Origin: Xanthomonas campestris pv. campestris str. ATCC 33913 | GTDB lineage: Bacteria; Pseudomonadota; Gammaproteobacteria; Xanthomonadales; Xanthomonadaceae | DNA: 32,000 nt | Direction: 5' to 3' | Assembly (NCBI RefSeq): GCF_000007145.1 | Contig: NC_003902.1 | Location: 1,327,436-1,359,435 of the forward strand | Shown: positions 12,469 to 24,017 of the stretch, in pieces | How positions within the stretch are numbered: position 1 is the stretch's first letter | Layout: the number at the start of each line of letters is the position of its first letter | Position numbers and translations under genes: made by a program | Notes under the pieces: generated by a model | Database searches by the model: none | Told to the model about the DNA's origin: nothing | Seen by the model: the letters and a program-made list of their open reading frames with translations, nothing else

Positions 12469-12738
12469 TTACGCGGCCTTGATGGCCTTGATGCGAGCGG
12501 TCAGGCGGCTCTTGTGACGCGCAGCCTTGTTCTTGTGAATCAGGCCACGGGCGCTGAAACGGTCGAGGATGGGCTGAGCAACGGCGAAAGCAGCTTCGGC
12601 GCCTGCAGCATCGTTGGCGTCAAGGGCCTTGATCACCTTCTTGACGGCGGTGCGCAGCATCGAACGCTGGCCCGTGTTGCGCTCGTTGCGCACAACGGTC
12701 TGCTTGGCGCGCTTCTTGGCGGACTTGATATTGGCCAC
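12469..12738 (-). CDS. rpsT: 30S ribosomal protein S20
   Basis: [21 protein letters not shown]..., 89 aa. Confidence 0.98.
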
Positions 12739-12839
12739 GGTGGTGGGTTCCTGAAAAATCGGTATGGTGGAAAAAGCAAGCGCAAAAGTATGATGGACCC
12801 AGATATGTACGTCAAGTCAGTTGTCAAGAGGGATTGCCC

Positions 12840-14447
12840 ATGAGCACACCCCGCATGATGAGGGGGCTGCTCTCGTTTAGCAGTATGACCATGGTGTCGC
12901 GGGTGCTGGGCCTGATCCGCGATCAGGCGATCTCCACTACTTTCGGCGCCAACGCGGTGACCGACGCGTTCTGGGTGGCGTTCCGGATTCCGAACTTCCT
13001 GCGGCGCCTGTTCGCCGAAGGCTCGTTCGCCACCGCCTTCGTGCCGGTGTTCACCGAGGTCAAGGAGACCCGGCCGCACGCCGACCTGCGCGAATTGATG
13101 GCGCGTGTCTCCGGCACCCTGGGCGGCATGTTGCTGCTGGTGACGGCGCTGGGGCTGATCTTCACCCCGCAGCTCGCTTCGGTGTTCTCCGATGGCGCGG
13201 CCACCGATCCGGACAAGTACGGCCTGCTGGTGGATCTGCTACGGCTGACCTTTCCGTTCCTGCTGTTCGTTTCGCTGACGGCCCTGGCCGGTGGTGCGCT
13301 GAATAGCTTCCAGCGGTTTGCCATTCCCGCGCTGACCCCGGTGATCCTCAATCTATGCATGATCGCCGGTGCGCTGTGGTTGGCGCCGCGTCTGGATGTG
13401 CCGATTTTGGCGCTGGGCTGGGCAGTGCTGGTGGCTGGTGCGTTGCAGCTGCTGTTCCAGCTGCCGGCGTTGAAGGGCATCGACCTGCTCACGCTGCCGC
13501 GCTGGGGCTGGCGTCATCCGGACGTGCGCAAGGTGCTGACCTTGATGATCCCGACGCTGTTCGGCTCATCGGTGGCGCAGATCAACCTGATGCTGGACAC
13601 GGTGATTGCCGCGCGCCTGAGCGACGGGTCGCAGTCGTGGCTGTCGCTGGCGGACCGCTTCCTGGAGTTGCCGCTGGGCGTGTTCGGTGTGGCCCTGGGC
13701 ACGGTGATCCTGCCGGCGCTGGCGCGCCATCACGTCAAGACCGACCGCACCGCGTTCTCCGGGGCGCTGGACTGGGGCTTCCGCACTACCTTGCTGATCG
13801 CGATGCCGGCGATGCTGGGCTTGCTGCTACTGGCCGAGCCACTGGTGGCCACCTTGTTCCAGTACCGCCAGTTCACCGCGTTCGACACCCGCATGACTGC
13901 GCTGTCGGTCTACGGGCTGAGTTTTGGCCTGCCGGCCTACGCGATGCTGAAAGTTGTGCTGCCAGCGTTCTATGCGCGGCAGGACACCCGCACTCCGGTG
14001 CGCGCGGGCGTGGCGGCGCTGATCGCCAACATGGTGTTCAACTTCGCGTTCCTGGCGGTGCTCTACCAGGTGATGGTGCCGCCGGAATTGAAGGAGCAAG
14101 GCGTGATGCAGGCGCTCGGCAAGCAGCCCGGCCTGCATCTGGCGCTGGGCATTGCCAGTGCGCTGTCCAGTTATCTCAACCTGGGCCTGTTGTGGTTCTG
14201 GCTGGGCAAGTCCGGCGTGTATCAGCGCCGGCCGGGCTGGGCAGGCTATGCGGCGCGGCTGCTGGTGGCCTGTGCGGCGATGGTGGTGGTGCTGTTGGGC
14301 CTGCTGTGGTGGTTGCCCTCGTTCACCGACATGGACAAGTGGCAGCGCATCGGCTGGCTGGCGGTGCTGGTGGGCAGTGGCGGGCTCACCTATGTGGTGG
14401 CGCAGTTGGCACTGGGCCTGCGGCCGCGGCATCTGCGCGAGCAGTGA
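12840..14447 (+). CDS. murJ: Lipid II flippase MurJ (MviN)
   Basis: The track ORF starts at a TTG at 12834. The ATG at 12840 gives MSTPRMMRGLLSFSSMTMVSRVLGLIRDQAISTTFGANAVTDAFWVAFRIPNFLRRLFAEGSF, the canonical MurJ N-terminus. The protein is polytopic. Confidence 0.95.
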   Translation: MSTPRMMRGLLSFSSMTMVSRVLGLIRDQAISTTFGANAVTDAFWVAFRIPNFLRRLFAEGSFATAFVPVFTEVKETRPHADLRELMARVSGTLGGMLLLVTALGLIFTPQLASVFSDGAATDPDKYGLLVDLLRLTFPFLLFVSLTALAGGALNSFQRFAIPALTPVILNLCMIAGALWLAPRLDVPILALGWAVLVAGALQLLFQLPALKGIDLLTLPRWGWRHPDVRKVLTLMIPTLFGSSVAQINLMLDTVIAARLSDGSQSWLSLADRFLELPLGVFGVALGTVILPALARHHVKTDRTAFSGALDWGFRTTLLIAMPAMLGLLLLAEPLVATLFQYRQFTAFDTRMTALSVYGLSFGLPAYAMLKVVLPAFYARQDTRTPVRAGVAALIANMVFNFAFLAVLYQVMVPPELKEQGVMQALGKQPGLHLALGIASALSSYLNLGLLWFWLGKSGVYQRRPGWAGYAARLLVACAAMVVVLLGLLWWLPSFTDMDKWQRIGWLAVLVGSGGLTYVVAQLALGLRPRHLREQ

Positions 14448-14684
14448 CGCCGCGAAGGGGCTTGGACGCTGGAGGCTTGCGTGTCGGAGATGGGTGTCGC
14501 TCCTCACGCGGCCGGGGCGACCCGGCACACGCGGCGCGTGCGCCGGCTGCCGGTCGATTGGCAAGCCGGGCGGACGTCCCCATCTCAGCTGCCGGGGCCA
14601 TGCGATTTGTTGCGCGCGGCTATACTTGACGGTTATGCATGATCGAGGGCTGGCCCGCAGGCTGGCGTCGCTTTGGAACGAGGA

Positions 14685-15773
14685 ATGAGCAGGCTGTTTA
14701 GAGACGTCGAGGGCGGGACGCTGTTCCCGCACGGAAGCGTGGTCTGCATCGGTGCCTTCGATGGCCTGCACCTGGGCCATCAGGCGCTGGTGCGCCATGC
14801 GGTCGAACGTGCGCGTGCGCTGGGCGTGCCGGCGGTGGCGGTGAGCTTCGAGCCGTTGCCGCGCGAATTCTTCGCCAACGACACGCCGCCGCCGCGCCTG
14901 ACCCTGGCCCGCGCCAAGATCGAAGGCTTGTACGGCTTTGGTGCCGATAGCGTCGGCATGATCCGTTTCGACGGCCGGCTGTCGGCGATGAGCGCGCAGG
15001 ACTTCGTCCGCCTGGCATTGGTAGGGCGCCTGTGCGCACGCGAAGTCTGGATTGGCCCGGAGTTCCGCTTCGGCCATCGACGTGGCGGCGACATTGCGCT
15101 GTTGCGTGCCCTGGGCGAGCAGCACGGCTTTGCTGCCGGCGAGATTGCGCCGGTGCATCTGCGCGGCGAGCGCATCTCGGCAACGCGCATCCGGGAACTG
15201 CTGGTGGCCGGTGAATTTGCCCATGCCGGCGAATTGCTCGGCCGGCCGTACGCGATCGGTGGACGTGTGGTCCGCGGCAAGCAGCTTGGCCGCACGTTGG
15301 GGTATCCCACCGCCAATCTGCGGTTTTCCCGCACCCCGGCGCTGTCCGGCATCTATGCCACCTGGGTGCATGGCGTGGCCGCGCAGCCATGGCCGTCGGT
15401 CTCCAGCTTCGGTACGCGGCCCACGGTTGCCGGGATCGAGCCGTTGCTGGAAGCGCACCTGTTCGATTTCCAGGGCGACTTGTACGGGCGCCACATCGCG
15501 GTCGAATTCGTCGCCAAGCTGCGCGATGAAGAAAAGTTTGATGGCTTGGAAGCGCTGACCGTGCAGATGCATCGCGATGCCGAGCAGGCGCGCGCCGTGC
15601 TTGCCACGCATGCGCGCACGCATTCTTTGCCGCAGCAGGCCGATGCACAGCACGCCGATGCACCTTCGACGCAGACAGCTACGCACATGTCTGCAGAGAC
15701 CTCACCTGCGAGCCCCTCGCAAAGCCCTGCGCACGCCCGTGCGGACGGTTCACATAACGCAGCGCAACGGTAG
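14685..15773 (+). CDS. ribF: Bifunctional riboflavin kinase / FMN adenylyltransferase, with an extended C-terminal tail
   Basis: The adenylyltransferase motif is GAFDGLHLGHQALV and the kinase motifs are GYPTANL...LEAHLFDFQGDLYG. The start is either the ATG at 14685 (MSRLFRD) or the TTG at 14673. The stop lies 6 nt before the ileS start. Confidence 0.93.
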   Translation: MSRLFRDVEGGTLFPHGSVVCIGAFDGLHLGHQALVRHAVERARALGVPAVAVSFEPLPREFFANDTPPPRLTLARAKIEGLYGFGADSVGMIRFDGRLSAMSAQDFVRLALVGRLCAREVWIGPEFRFGHRRGGDIALLRALGEQHGFAAGEIAPVHLRGERISATRIRELLVAGEFAHAGELLGRPYAIGGRVVRGKQLGRTLGYPTANLRFSRTPALSGIYATWVHGVAAQPWPSVSSFGTRPTVAGIEPLLEAHLFDFQGDLYGRHIAVEFVAKLRDEEKFDGLEALTVQMHRDAEQARAVLATHARTHSLPQQADAQHADAPSTQTATHMSAETSPASPSQSPAHARADGSHNAAQR

Positions 15774-15779
15774 ATTCCC

Positions 15780-18611
15780 GTGACCCAAGACTACAAAGCC
15801 ACACTCCATCTGCCCGCCACGGACTTTCCGATGCGCGGCGACCTGCCCAAGCGCGAGCCGGCGATGCTGGAGCGCTGGGAGCGCGAGGGGCTGTACGCAC
15901 AAGTGCGTGCCAATGCCGCCGGGCGCCCGCTGTTCGTGCTGCACGACGGCCCGCCGTATGCGAACGGGCAGATCCATCTGGGTCACGCGGTCAACAAGAT
16001 CCTCAAGGACATCATCGTCAAGTCCAAGTACCTGGCTGGCTTCGATGCGCCTTACATCCCGGGCTGGGACTGCCATGGGCTGCCGATCGAAATCGCGATC
16101 GAGAAGAAGTTCGGCAAGGTCGGCGTGAAGCTGGACGCCGCGCAGTTCCGCCAGAAGTGCCGCGAGTACGCGACCGAGCAAATCGACCTGCAGCGGCGCG
16201 ATTTCAAGCGCCTGGGCGTGATCGGCGACTGGGACAACCCGTACAAGACGCTGGACTTCCGCTTCGAAGCCAATGAAATCCGCGCGCTAGCCAAGGTCAT
16301 CGACAACGGCCACCTCACGCGCGGCGTCAAGCCGGTGCACTGGTGCTTCGACTGCGGCTCGGCGTTGGCCGAGGCGGAAATCGAATACGCCGACAAGCTC
16401 TCGCCGACCGTGGACATCGCCTACCCGGCACGTGATCCGGCCGCGATCGCTGCGGCATTCGGCGTCACGCTGCCTGCCGGCACGCAGGTGGCGGTGCCGA
16501 TCTGGACCACCACGCCCTGGACGCTGCCGGCCTCGCTGGCGGTGAGCCTGGGCGCGGAACTGGACTACGTGCTGGTCGAAGGCCCGGCCGATCGCGGCCA
16601 GCCGCGTTGGCTGGTGATCGCCGAGGCGTTGGCCGGCAAGGCGCTGGCGCGCTATGGCGTCGAGGCGGTGGTGGTGCATGGTCATGCCAAGGGCGCGGCG
16701 CTGGACCAGCTGCTGCTGGCGCACCCGTTCTATGCCGAACGCGACATCCCGCTGATCCTGGGCGATCACGTCTCCGACGACGACGGTACCGGTGCGGTGC
16801 ATACCGCGCCGGGCCACGGACAGGAGGACTACCAGGTCTCCAAGCAGTACGGTCTGCTGGAGCGCTACAGCGCCGCGCAGATCAACCCGATCGACGGGCG
16901 CGGCGTGTATCTGCCGTCCACCCCGCCGCTGGGCGACACCGTGCTGGCCGGGCTGCATATCTGGAAAGCCAACGACGTCATCATCGATGCGTTGCGCGAC
17001 ACCGGCGTGTTGCTGGCCGCCAGCACGATGGAGCACAGCTATCCGCATTGCTGGCGCCACAAGACGCCGATCGCCTTCCGTGCCACGCCGCAGTGGTTCA
17101 TCTCGATGGAGCAGGCCAACCTGCGCGCCGATGCGCTCAAGGCCATCGAAACCGTGCATTGGTATCCGTCGTGGGGCCAGGCGCGGATCGCCGGCATGAT
17201 CGACGGGCGTCCGGACTGGACCATCTCGCGCCAGCGCACCTGGGGCGTGCCGATCGCGTTGTTCGTGCACCGCGAAACCGGCGAGCCGCATCCGCGCAGT
17301 ACCGAGCTGATGCGGCAGGTGGCAGAGCGGGTAGAGCAGGGCGGCGTGGATGTCTGGTACACGCTGGACGCAGCCGAGCTGTTGGGCGATGAAGCCGGCG
17401 ACTACGACAAGATCACCGACATCCTGGACGTGTGGTTCGACTCCGGCGTGACCCATGAGGCGGTGCTGGTGGATCGCGGCCTGCCCAAGCCGGCCGACCT
17501 GTACCTGGAAGGCTCCGATCAGCACCGCGGCTGGTTCCAGTCCTCGCTGCTGACCGGCGTGGCGATGGACAAGGTCGCGCCGTACAAGCAGTGCCTCACC
17601 CACGGATTCACTGTGGACGAGCACGGCCGCAAGATGTCCAAGTCGCTGGGCAATGGGATCGAGCCGCAGGAAATCATGCGCACGCTGGGCGCCGACATCC
17701 TGCGCCTGTGGATCGCCTCGGCCGACTACAGCAACGAAATGTCGCTGTCGCAGGAGATCCTCAAGCGTAATGCCGATGCGTACCGTCGCCTGCGCAATAC
17801 CGCGCGCTTCCTGCTCGGCAATCTGCATGGGTTCGACCCGTTGCAGCATCTGGTGGCACTGGACGACATGGTGCTGCTGGACCGCTGGATCGTGCATCGC
17901 GCCCACGAGCTGCAGGAGAAGATCACTGCCGCCTACGCGCGCTACGACTTCGCCGAAATCGTGCAGGCGCTGCTGAATTTCTGCAGCGTGGACCTGGGTT
18001 CGCTGTACCTGGATGTCACCAAGGACCGCCTGTACACGATGGCCGAGGATGCGCGCGGCCGCCGTTCGGCGCAGAGCGCGATGTATCACGTGGCCGAGGC
18101 GTTCGTGCGCTGGATTGCGCCGGTGCTGAGCTTCACCGCCGAAGAGCTGTGGGCGTACCTGCCTGGCGAGCACTCCGGCAACGTGCTGTTCGCCACCTGG
18201 TACGACGGGCTGGCGCCGATGCCGGCCGATGCCGCACTGACCAGCGCCGACGTCGACAAGTTGCTGGCACTGCGTGAGCAGGTGGCCAAGGTGCTGGAGC
18301 CGATGCGTGCCAATGGCGCGATCGGCGCGGCGCTGGAAGCGGAAATCACCGTGGCCGCCGATGCGCAGACCGCCGCGCGCTGGCAACCGCTGAGCGATGA
18401 GCTGCGCTTCCTGTTTATCAGTGGCGACGTCACCGTGACCGCGGCCAGCACCGACGACATCTTCGTCAGTGCGCAGCCCACCACCAAGGCCAAGTGCGTG
18501 CGCTGCTGGCACCACCAGGCCAGCGTGGGCAGCGACCCGCGGCACCCGGAGTTGTGCAGCCGCTGCGTCAGCAACATCGAAGGCCCGGGCGAGGAGCGTC
18601 GCTGGTTCTGA
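15780..18611 (+). CDS. ileS: Isoleucine--tRNA ligase
   Basis: GTG start, [20 protein letters not shown]. The HIGH motif is [15 protein letters not shown] and the KMSKS motif is [12 protein letters not shown]-terminal Zn motif reads CVRCWHH...CSRC. 943 aa. Confidence 0.98.
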   Translation: MTQDYKATLHLPATDFPMRGDLPKREPAMLERWEREGLYAQVRANAAGRPLFVLHDGPPYANGQIHLGHAVNKILKDIIVKSKYLAGFDAPYIPGWDCHGLPIEIAIEKKFGKVGVKLDAAQFRQKCREYATEQIDLQRRDFKRLGVIGDWDNPYKTLDFRFEANEIRALAKVIDNGHLTRGVKPVHWCFDCGSALAEAEIEYADKLSPTVDIAYPARDPAAIAAAFGVTLPAGTQVAVPIWTTTPWTLPASLAVSLGAELDYVLVEGPADRGQPRWLVIAEALAGKALARYGVEAVVVHGHAKGAALDQLLLAHPFYAERDIPLILGDHVSDDDGTGAVHTAPGHGQEDYQVSKQYGLLERYSAAQINPIDGRGVYLPSTPPLGDTVLAGLHIWKANDVIIDALRDTGVLLAASTMEHSYPHCWRHKTPIAFRATPQWFISMEQANLRADALKAIETVHWYPSWGQARIAGMIDGRPDWTISRQRTWGVPIALFVHRETGEPHPRSTELMRQVAERVEQGGVDVWYTLDAAELLGDEAGDYDKITDILDVWFDSGVTHEAVLVDRGLPKPADLYLEGSDQHRGWFQSSLLTGVAMDKVAPYKQCLTHGFTVDEHGRKMSKSLGNGIEPQEIMRTLGADILRLWIASADYSNEMSLSQEILKRNADAYRRLRNTARFLLGNLHGFDPLQHLVALDDMVLLDRWIVHRAHELQEKITAAYARYDFAEIVQALLNFCSVDLGSLYLDVTKDRLYTMAEDARGRRSAQSAMYHVAEAFVRWIAPVLSFTAEELWAYLPGEHSGNVLFATWYDGLAPMPADAALTSADVDKLLALREQVAKVLEPMRANGAIGAALEAEITVAADAQTAARWQPLSDELRFLFISGDVTVTAASTDDIFVSAQPTTKAKCVRCWHHQASVGSDPRHPELCSRCVSNIEGPGEERRWF

Positions 18612-18877
18612 TGCGGCTATGGCGTGGCGGCGTGTTCGGCGCGCCGCCGCGTCCGCTGCAGGGTTGCGGCGCCGGCCAGCTGTGCGGTCGACGCGGTTCT
18701 GGTGGGCAGCCACCGTTCCTCAGTTTGCCCTGCGGCGGGCCCTGCAGCTGAAGCCCGGCGCGCATGCCGGCATGGGGCAGGTCGGTTGGTTGTCCCGTGC
18801 GTGCCATCCTGTGTTGTTCCCGCCATCCAGGCCTCTTCTCCGCCACGGAGAAGGCCTCCTACTTGCGATATTTCGAC

Positions 18878-19381
18878 ATGAGTCAACGACCCAACCCGTC
18901 CGCCCTGATCTGGTTACTGCTTTCGGCTGTTGTGATCGGCCTGGATCAGTGGAGCAAGGCCTGGGTGCTGTCCAGCCTGCCCGAATACACCCCGGTGCCG
19001 GTCATCGACGGGTTCTGGAACTGGTACCGCACCTACAACACCGGGGCAGCCTTCAGCTTCCTGAGTGATGCCGGTGGCTGGCAGCTGTGGTTCTTCACCG
19101 CGCTGGCGGTCGGCATCAGTGGCCTGCTGGCGTTCTGGCTATCGCGCACCGCGCGCGGCGACTGGCGCAGCGCAGTGCCGTATGCGCTGGTCATCGGCGG
19201 GGCGATCGGCAATGTGATCGACCGCCTGATGCACGGCCACGTGGTCGATTTCATCCAGTGGTATGTCGGCGAGCACACCTGGCCGTCGTTCAATATCGCC
19301 GACTCGGCGATCGTGGGTGGCGCGATCGGCATCGCACTGTTCGGTTTGTTCGACGGCAAGCGCAGTCGAAAAGCGGGATAA
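18878..19381 (+). CDS. lspA: Lipoprotein signal peptidase (signal peptidase II)
   Basis: Internal ATG at 18878 of track ORF 18764..19381. The protein begins [27 protein letters not shown] and contains ...NTGAAFSFL...[10 protein letters not shown]...FNIADS. The in-frame upstream extension has low third-position GC (about 71% by hand count). Confidence 0.93.
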   Translation: MSQRPNPSALIWLLLSAVVIGLDQWSKAWVLSSLPEYTPVPVIDGFWNWYRTYNTGAAFSFLSDAGGWQLWFFTALAVGISGLLAFWLSRTARGDWRSAVPYALVIGGAIGNVIDRLMHGHVVDFIQWYVGEHTWPSFNIADSAIVGGAIGIALFGLFDGKRSRKAG

Positions 19382-19516
19382 TCCTGATCCATGCCCGCTG
19401 CGACGCTGCCTTGACGGGCACGCCGCAGCAAAGCGCCTGGCGCCGCGTTGTCGGCGGCCGCGCCCCCTGTTGAAAACGTCCGGCCATCGCGGCCGGGCCG
19501 TCGAGAGAAGAAGCTT

Positions 19517-20467
19517 ATGGACGTCCTGCTCGCCAATCCCCGCGGCTTCTGCGCCGGTGTCGACCGCGCGATCGAGATCGTCAAGCGTGCGATCGAGACG
19601 CTGGGTGCGCCGATCTACGTGCGCCACGAGGTGGTGCACAACCGCTTCGTGGTCGACGACCTCAAGCAGCGCGGCGCCATCTTCGTCGAGGAACTGGACG
19701 AAGTGCCGGACGACGCCACGGTGATCTTCAGCGCCCACGGCGTCTCCCAGGCCGTGCGCGTGGAGGCCGAACGGCGCGGGCTGAAGGTGTTCGATGCAAC
19801 CTGCCCGCTGGTGACCAAGGTGCATTTCGAAGTTGCTCGCCATTGCCGCGCCGGCCGCGACGTGGTGCTGATCGGCCATGCCGGGCATCCGGAAGTGGAG
19901 GGCACCATGGGCCAGTGGAGCCGCGAGCGCGGCCCCGGGCAGATCTACCTGGTGGAAGATATCGAGCAGGTCGCCACCTTGCAGGTGCGCCAGCCGGAGA
20001 GCCTGGCCTATACGACCCAGACCACGCTGTCGGTGGACGACACCATGGGCATCATCGAGGCCTTGCGCGTGCGCTATCCGGCCATGCAGGGGCCAAAGCA
20101 CGACGACATCTGTTATGCCACGCAGAACCGCCAGGATGCGGTGCGCGACCTGGCGCGCCAGTGCGATCTGGTACTGGTGGTGGGCTCGCCCAACAGCTCC
20201 AACTCCAACCGGCTCAGCGAGCTGGCCCGCCGCGATGGGGTGGAGTCCTACCTGATCGACAACGCCAGCGAGATCGACCCGGCCTGGATCGTCGGCAAGC
20301 AGCATATCGGCCTGACCGCTGGCGCCTCGGCGCCGCAGGTGCTGGTCGACGGCGTGCTGGCGCGGCTGCGCGAGCTCGGAGCCAATGGCGTGTCCGAACT
20401 GGCGGGCGAGCCGGAGTCGATGGTGTTCGCCCTGCCCAAGGAGTTGCGGCTGCGGCTGGTCAGCTGA
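19517..20467 (+). CDS. ispH: 4-hydroxy-3-methylbut-2-enyl diphosphate reductase
   Basis: Internal ATG at 19517. The protein begins [22 protein letters not shown] and contains ...VHNRFVV...SAHGVS...[10 protein letters not shown]. 316 aa. Confidence 0.96.
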   Translation: MDVLLANPRGFCAGVDRAIEIVKRAIETLGAPIYVRHEVVHNRFVVDDLKQRGAIFVEELDEVPDDATVIFSAHGVSQAVRVEAERRGLKVFDATCPLVTKVHFEVARHCRAGRDVVLIGHAGHPEVEGTMGQWSRERGPGQIYLVEDIEQVATLQVRQPESLAYTTQTTLSVDDTMGIIEALRVRYPAMQGPKHDDICYATQNRQDAVRDLARQCDLVLVVGSPNSSNSNRLSELARRDGVESYLIDNASEIDPAWIVGKQHIGLTAGASAPQVLVDGVLARLRELGANGVSELAGEPESMVFALPKELRLRLVS

Positions 20468-20611
20468 GCGGGAGGCGCGCGCCAGGTCATCGGCGGAACA
20501 TTCGCTCAGTTGCCTCACCGGCTCCGGTGAAGCCGAGCGCTGCGGAGGAGGGCGCAACGATCGCGGTGGCTGAGACGCAGGTGCGTGGCACAGCCGCGAC
20601 ACCCAAGGCGA

Positions 20612-20641
20612 TTGACCGCAGCGGCGCTCCGCTCCTACAAT
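20612..20641 (+). promoter_or_regulatory. Sigma-70 promoter for tRNA-Thr: TTGACC-N18-TACAAT
   Basis: ttgacc at 20612-20617 and tacaat at 20636-20641. The mature tRNA 5' end lies 10 nt after the -10 hexamer. Confidence 0.6.
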
Positions 20642-20650
20642 TCACGGCTC

Positions 20651-20726
20651 GCCGGAATAGCTCAGTTGGTAGAGCGGCGCATTCGTAATGCGTAGGTCGT
20701 AGGTTCGATTCCTATTTCCGGCACCA
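20651..20726 (+). tRNA. tRNA-Thr (anticodon CGT/CGU), CCA encoded
   Basis: Hand-folded cloverleaf: acceptor gccggaa/ttccggc, D arm gctc-agttggta-gagc, anticodon stem gcgca/tgcgt with loop ttCGTaa, variable loop aggtc, T arm gtagg-ttcgatt-cctat, discriminator a, then cca. Confidence 0.93.
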
Positions 20727-20737
20727 TCGCATCATCA

Positions 20738-20770
20738 CTGGGTCGACCTTTGGTCGGCCCAGTTGCGTTT
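20738..20770 (+). terminator. Hairpin terminator after tRNA-Thr
   Basis: An 11-bp stem ctgggtcgacc-ttt-ggtcggcccag (one G-U pair) is followed by ttgcgttt. Confidence 0.6.
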
Positions 20771-21080
20771 GGGCACTGTGCGCGTCGACGCTGGAATTTT
20801 AAGTGCATCGCGTAGGTTCTCTGCCCACTGCACGACGGCCGCAACTGGCCGCATTCCCTGCACTTTGACGCGCTGCGACAACATGTCGCACACATCTGCG
20901 CGCATTCATTGCGATGGATCATTGCCAATGGGTTTCGTGCAGGTGCAGCAAAGACTAAAATCAGGGAGCTAACCCGTGTCTTCGATCTGGGCCGCCATCT
21001 CCACCGGGAGCGGGCTGTTCAAAACGCCGCTGGCGGATCAGACGAACGAGGCTGGCGTTCCTTCGCACTTGGATCGACCG

Positions 21081-22025
21081 ATGATTCCGTTGAAACATCT
21101 CGGGCGTGTACTTCGTCCAGGTCTGATGTTGCCGTTCCTGCTGTTGGCAGGCTGCAACTCGGCCATCCTCAATCCGAAAGGCCAGATCGGCCACGACGAG
21201 AAGCAACTACTGATCACCTCGGTGGTGCTGATGCTGATCGTGGTGATCCCGGTGATCGTCATGGCGATTGCGTTCGCGTGGAAATACCGCGCGTCCAACA
21301 CCAAGGCGCGCTACGAGCCGGATTGGTCGCACTCCACCGCGATCGAGGTGGTGGTCTGGTCGATCCCGTGCGTGATCATCCTGGTGCTGGCGGTGCTGAC
21401 CTGGCGCTCGTCGCATGCGCTGGACCCGTACCGGCCGCTGGACTCGGACATCAAGCCGATCAACATCGAGGCGGTGTCGCTGGACTGGAAGTGGATGTTC
21501 ATCTATCCGGATCAGGGCATCGCCACGGTCAATGAGATCGCGTTCCCGGTGCATGCGCCGCTGAACTTCAAGATCACCTCCGATACGGTGATGAATGCCT
21601 TCTTCATTCCACACCTGGGCACCATGATCTATTCGATGGCCGGCATGGAGACCAAGCTGCATCTGGTTGCCAATGAGCCGGGCGAGTACTTCGGCCTGTC
21701 CAGCAATTACAGCGGTCATGGCTTCTCGAAGATGAGCTTCGTGGCGCGTGCCACCGACCAGGCCGGCTTCGAGGCATGGGTGGCCAAGGTCAAGGCCTCG
21801 CCGAAGGCGCTGGACGCTGCCGAATACCAGGCGCTGGCCGCCAATCGCAACGACAAGGAACAGTATCCGGTCACCTATTACTCATCGGTGCCCGACGGCA
21901 TGTTCCGGTCGCTGATCGATAAATACATGATGGGTAGCCATCATTCTGAAAGCCATGCCGGCGGTAAGGCAAAGGTCGTAGAGCCGTTTGCCATGTGTAC
22001 TTCGGAGACAACTGATGTTAGGTAA
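21081..22025 (+). CDS. cyoA: Cytochrome o ubiquinol oxidase subunit II (lipoprotein)
   Basis: Internal ATG at 21081. [25 protein letters not shown]|[12 protein letters not shown] parallels the E. coli CyoA lipobox and mature N-terminus. 314 aa. Confidence 0.94.
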   Translation: MIPLKHLGRVLRPGLMLPFLLLAGCNSAILNPKGQIGHDEKQLLITSVVLMLIVVIPVIVMAIAFAWKYRASNTKARYEPDWSHSTAIEVVVWSIPCVIILVLAVLTWRSSHALDPYRPLDSDIKPINIEAVSLDWKWMFIYPDQGIATVNEIAFPVHAPLNFKITSDTVMNAFFIPHLGTMIYSMAGMETKLHLVANEPGEYFGLSSNYSGHGFSKMSFVARATDQAGFEAWVAKVKASPKALDAAEYQALAANRNDKEQYPVTYYSSVPDGMFRSLIDKYMMGSHHSESHAGGKAKVVEPFAMCTSETTDVR

Positions 22026-24015
22026 GCTGACGATCGAGGCGGTTCCGTACCACGAGCCGATCATCATGATCGCCCTCGGTGGCGCCGGCCTGCTTGGCCT
22101 GCTCATCGCGGGTGCCATCACCAAGTACAAGCTGTGGGGCTACTTGTGGAATGAGTGGTTCACCTCGGTGGACCACAAGCGCATCGGTGTGATGTACATC
22201 ATCGTGGCGTTGATCATGCTGCTGCGCGGCTTCGCCGATGCGGCGATGATGCGCACCCAGCAGGCGCTGGCCGGCAACGGCGGCGAAGGCGTGCTGCCGC
22301 CGCACCACTACGACCAGATCTTTACCGCGCACGGCGTGATCATGATCTTCTTCATGGCCATGCCGTTCATGACCGGCCTGTTGAACCTGATCGTGCCGCT
22401 GCAGATCGGCGCACGCGACGTGGCGTTTCCGTTCCTGAACTCGCTGAGCTTCTGGCTGTTCGTGGCCGGTGCGGCGCTGATCAACATCTCGCTGGGTGTT
22501 GGTGAGTTTGCGCAGACCGGCTGGCTGGCGTATCCGCCATTGTCGGGGCTGGAATACAGTCCAGGCGTTGGCGTGGACTACTACATCTGGGCGTTGCAGG
22601 TCTCCGGGTTAGGCACGTTGCTGACCGGCGTGAACTTCTTCGTGACGATCATGCGCATGCGCGCGCCGGGCATGACCCTGATGCGCATGCCGATCTTCAC
22701 CTGGACCGCGCTGATCACCAACATCCTGATCATCGCTGCGTTCCCGATCCTGACTGTGGCGCTGGCGCTGCTGGGTGCCGACCGTTACCTGGGCACGCAC
22801 TTCTTTACCAACGACGGTGGCGGCAATGCCATGATGTACGTCAACCTGATCTGGATCTGGGGTCACCCGGAGGTTTACATCCTGATCCTGCCGGCGTTCG
22901 GCATCTTCTCCGAATTGATTGCCACCTACAGCCGCAAGCGCCTGTTCGGTTACACCTCGATGGTCTACGCCACCGCGTGTATCGGCGTGCTGTCGTTCGT
23001 GGTGTGGTTGCACCACTTCTTCACCATGGGCTCGGGTGCCAACGTCAATGCCTTCTTCGGCATCACGACGATGATCATCTCGATCCCGACCGGCGTGAAG
23101 ATCTTCAACTGGCTGTTCACCATGTTCCGCGGTCGCGTGCACATGACCTCGCCGGTGCTGTGGACGATCGGCTTCATCATCACCTTCTCCATCGGCGGCA
23201 TGACCGGCGTGATGCTGGCCATCCCGGCCGTGGACTTCGTGTTGCACAACAGCCTGTTCCTGATCGCCCACTTCCATAACGTGATCATCGGCGGTGTGGT
23301 GTTCGGTTACCTGGCAGGTCTGACCTACTGGTTCCCGAAGGCGTTCGGCTTCAAGCTCAATGAAAGGCTGGGCAAGGCTTCGTTCTGGTGCTGGATCATC
23401 GGCTTCTTCGTGGCCTTCATGCCGCTGTACGTGCTTGGCTTCATGGGCATGACGCGTCGCATGAACACCTACAACCACCCCGAGTGGGCACCGTGGCTGT
23501 ACGTGGCCGCCGCAGGTGCAGCGATCATCGGCCTGGGTATCTTCCTGAACCTGGTGCAGATCGCTTACAGCGTCTGGAAGCGCAAGGACAACATGGACCA
23601 CACCGGTGATCCGTGGGATGGCCGTACGCTGGAATGGGCGACGTCCTCGCCGCCGCCGTTCTACAACTTCGCCGTGCTGCCGCACATCGACGACCGCGAC
23701 CAGTTCTGGGGCGACAAGCAGAATGGCAAGGGCTGGGTGCGTCCGTCCTCGTACGAGCCCATCCACATGCCGCGCAACACCGGTGCAGGCGTCTACATCG
23801 CCGCCTTCAGCGTGCTGCTGGGCTTTGGTCTGACCTGGCACATCTGGTGGCTGGCCATCATCGGCCTGGCGGGCATGATCGGCAGCTTCATCGCCCGGTC
23901 CTTCGATGACGACATCGATTACTGGGTGCCGGCCGAGGAAGTGAAGCGCATCGAAGACGCGCGCTTTGCCAAGCTCGAACAGCAACATGCGGCTCAGGCC
24001 GCGAAGGCGATCTGA
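22015..24015 (+). CDS. cyoB: Cytochrome o ubiquinol oxidase subunit I
   Basis: Internal ATG at 22015. [21 protein letters not shown]...[12 protein letters not shown]...[15 protein letters not shown]. It overlaps the cyoA end by 11 nt. Confidence 0.97.
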   Translation: MLGKLTIEAVPYHEPIIMIALGGAGLLGLLIAGAITKYKLWGYLWNEWFTSVDHKRIGVMYIIVALIMLLRGFADAAMMRTQQALAGNGGEGVLPPHHYDQIFTAHGVIMIFFMAMPFMTGLLNLIVPLQIGARDVAFPFLNSLSFWLFVAGAALINISLGVGEFAQTGWLAYPPLSGLEYSPGVGVDYYIWALQVSGLGTLLTGVNFFVTIMRMRAPGMTLMRMPIFTWTALITNILIIAAFPILTVALALLGADRYLGTHFFTNDGGGNAMMYVNLIWIWGHPEVYILILPAFGIFSELIATYSRKRLFGYTSMVYATACIGVLSFVVWLHHFFTMGSGANVNAFFGITTMIISIPTGVKIFNWLFTMFRGRVHMTSPVLWTIGFIITFSIGGMTGVMLAIPAVDFVLHNSLFLIAHFHNVIIGGVVFGYLAGLTYWFPKAFGFKLNERLGKASFWCWIIGFFVAFMPLYVLGFMGMTRRMNTYNHPEWAPWLYVAAAGAAIIGLGIFLNLVQIAYSVWKRKDNMDHTGDPWDGRTLEWATSSPPPFYNFAVLPHIDDRDQFWGDKQNGKGWVRPSSYEPIHMPRNTGAGVYIAAFSVLLGFGLTWHIWWLAIIGLAGMIGSFIARSFDDDIDYWVPAEEVKRIEDARFAKLEQQHAAQAAKAI

Positions 24016-24017
24016 TC

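Noticed and set aside
13827-15686. 619-aa minus-strand ORF across murJ and ribF. The 424-aa plus-strand ORF at 13355-14629 is also rejected.
   Set aside because: The first is antisense to well-supported genes and the second is out of frame with murJ. Both translate to Arg/Ala/Gly/Pro-rich sequence with no domain signature.
16287-18713. 808-aa minus-strand ORF, the longest alternative ORF in the window.
   Set aside because: It lies entirely antisense to ileS, whose HIGH and KMSKS motifs are intact. Its composition is dominated by R, A, G, H, Q and D, so it is a frame artefact.
19139-20602. 487-aa minus-strand ORF over lspA and ispH.
   Set aside because: It is antisense to two conserved genes and has no recognisable motifs.
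20651-21080. tRNA-Thr as a possible genomic-island integration site.
   Set aside because: No integrase follows and I found no direct repeat of the tRNA 3' end downstream. The next genes are the core cyoABCD operon with normal high GC.
22609-23988. 459-aa minus-strand ORF inside cyoB.
   Set aside because: It is antisense to a heme-copper oxidase subunit I gene. Its D/H/R/E-rich translation is the mirror of a hydrophobic membrane protein.
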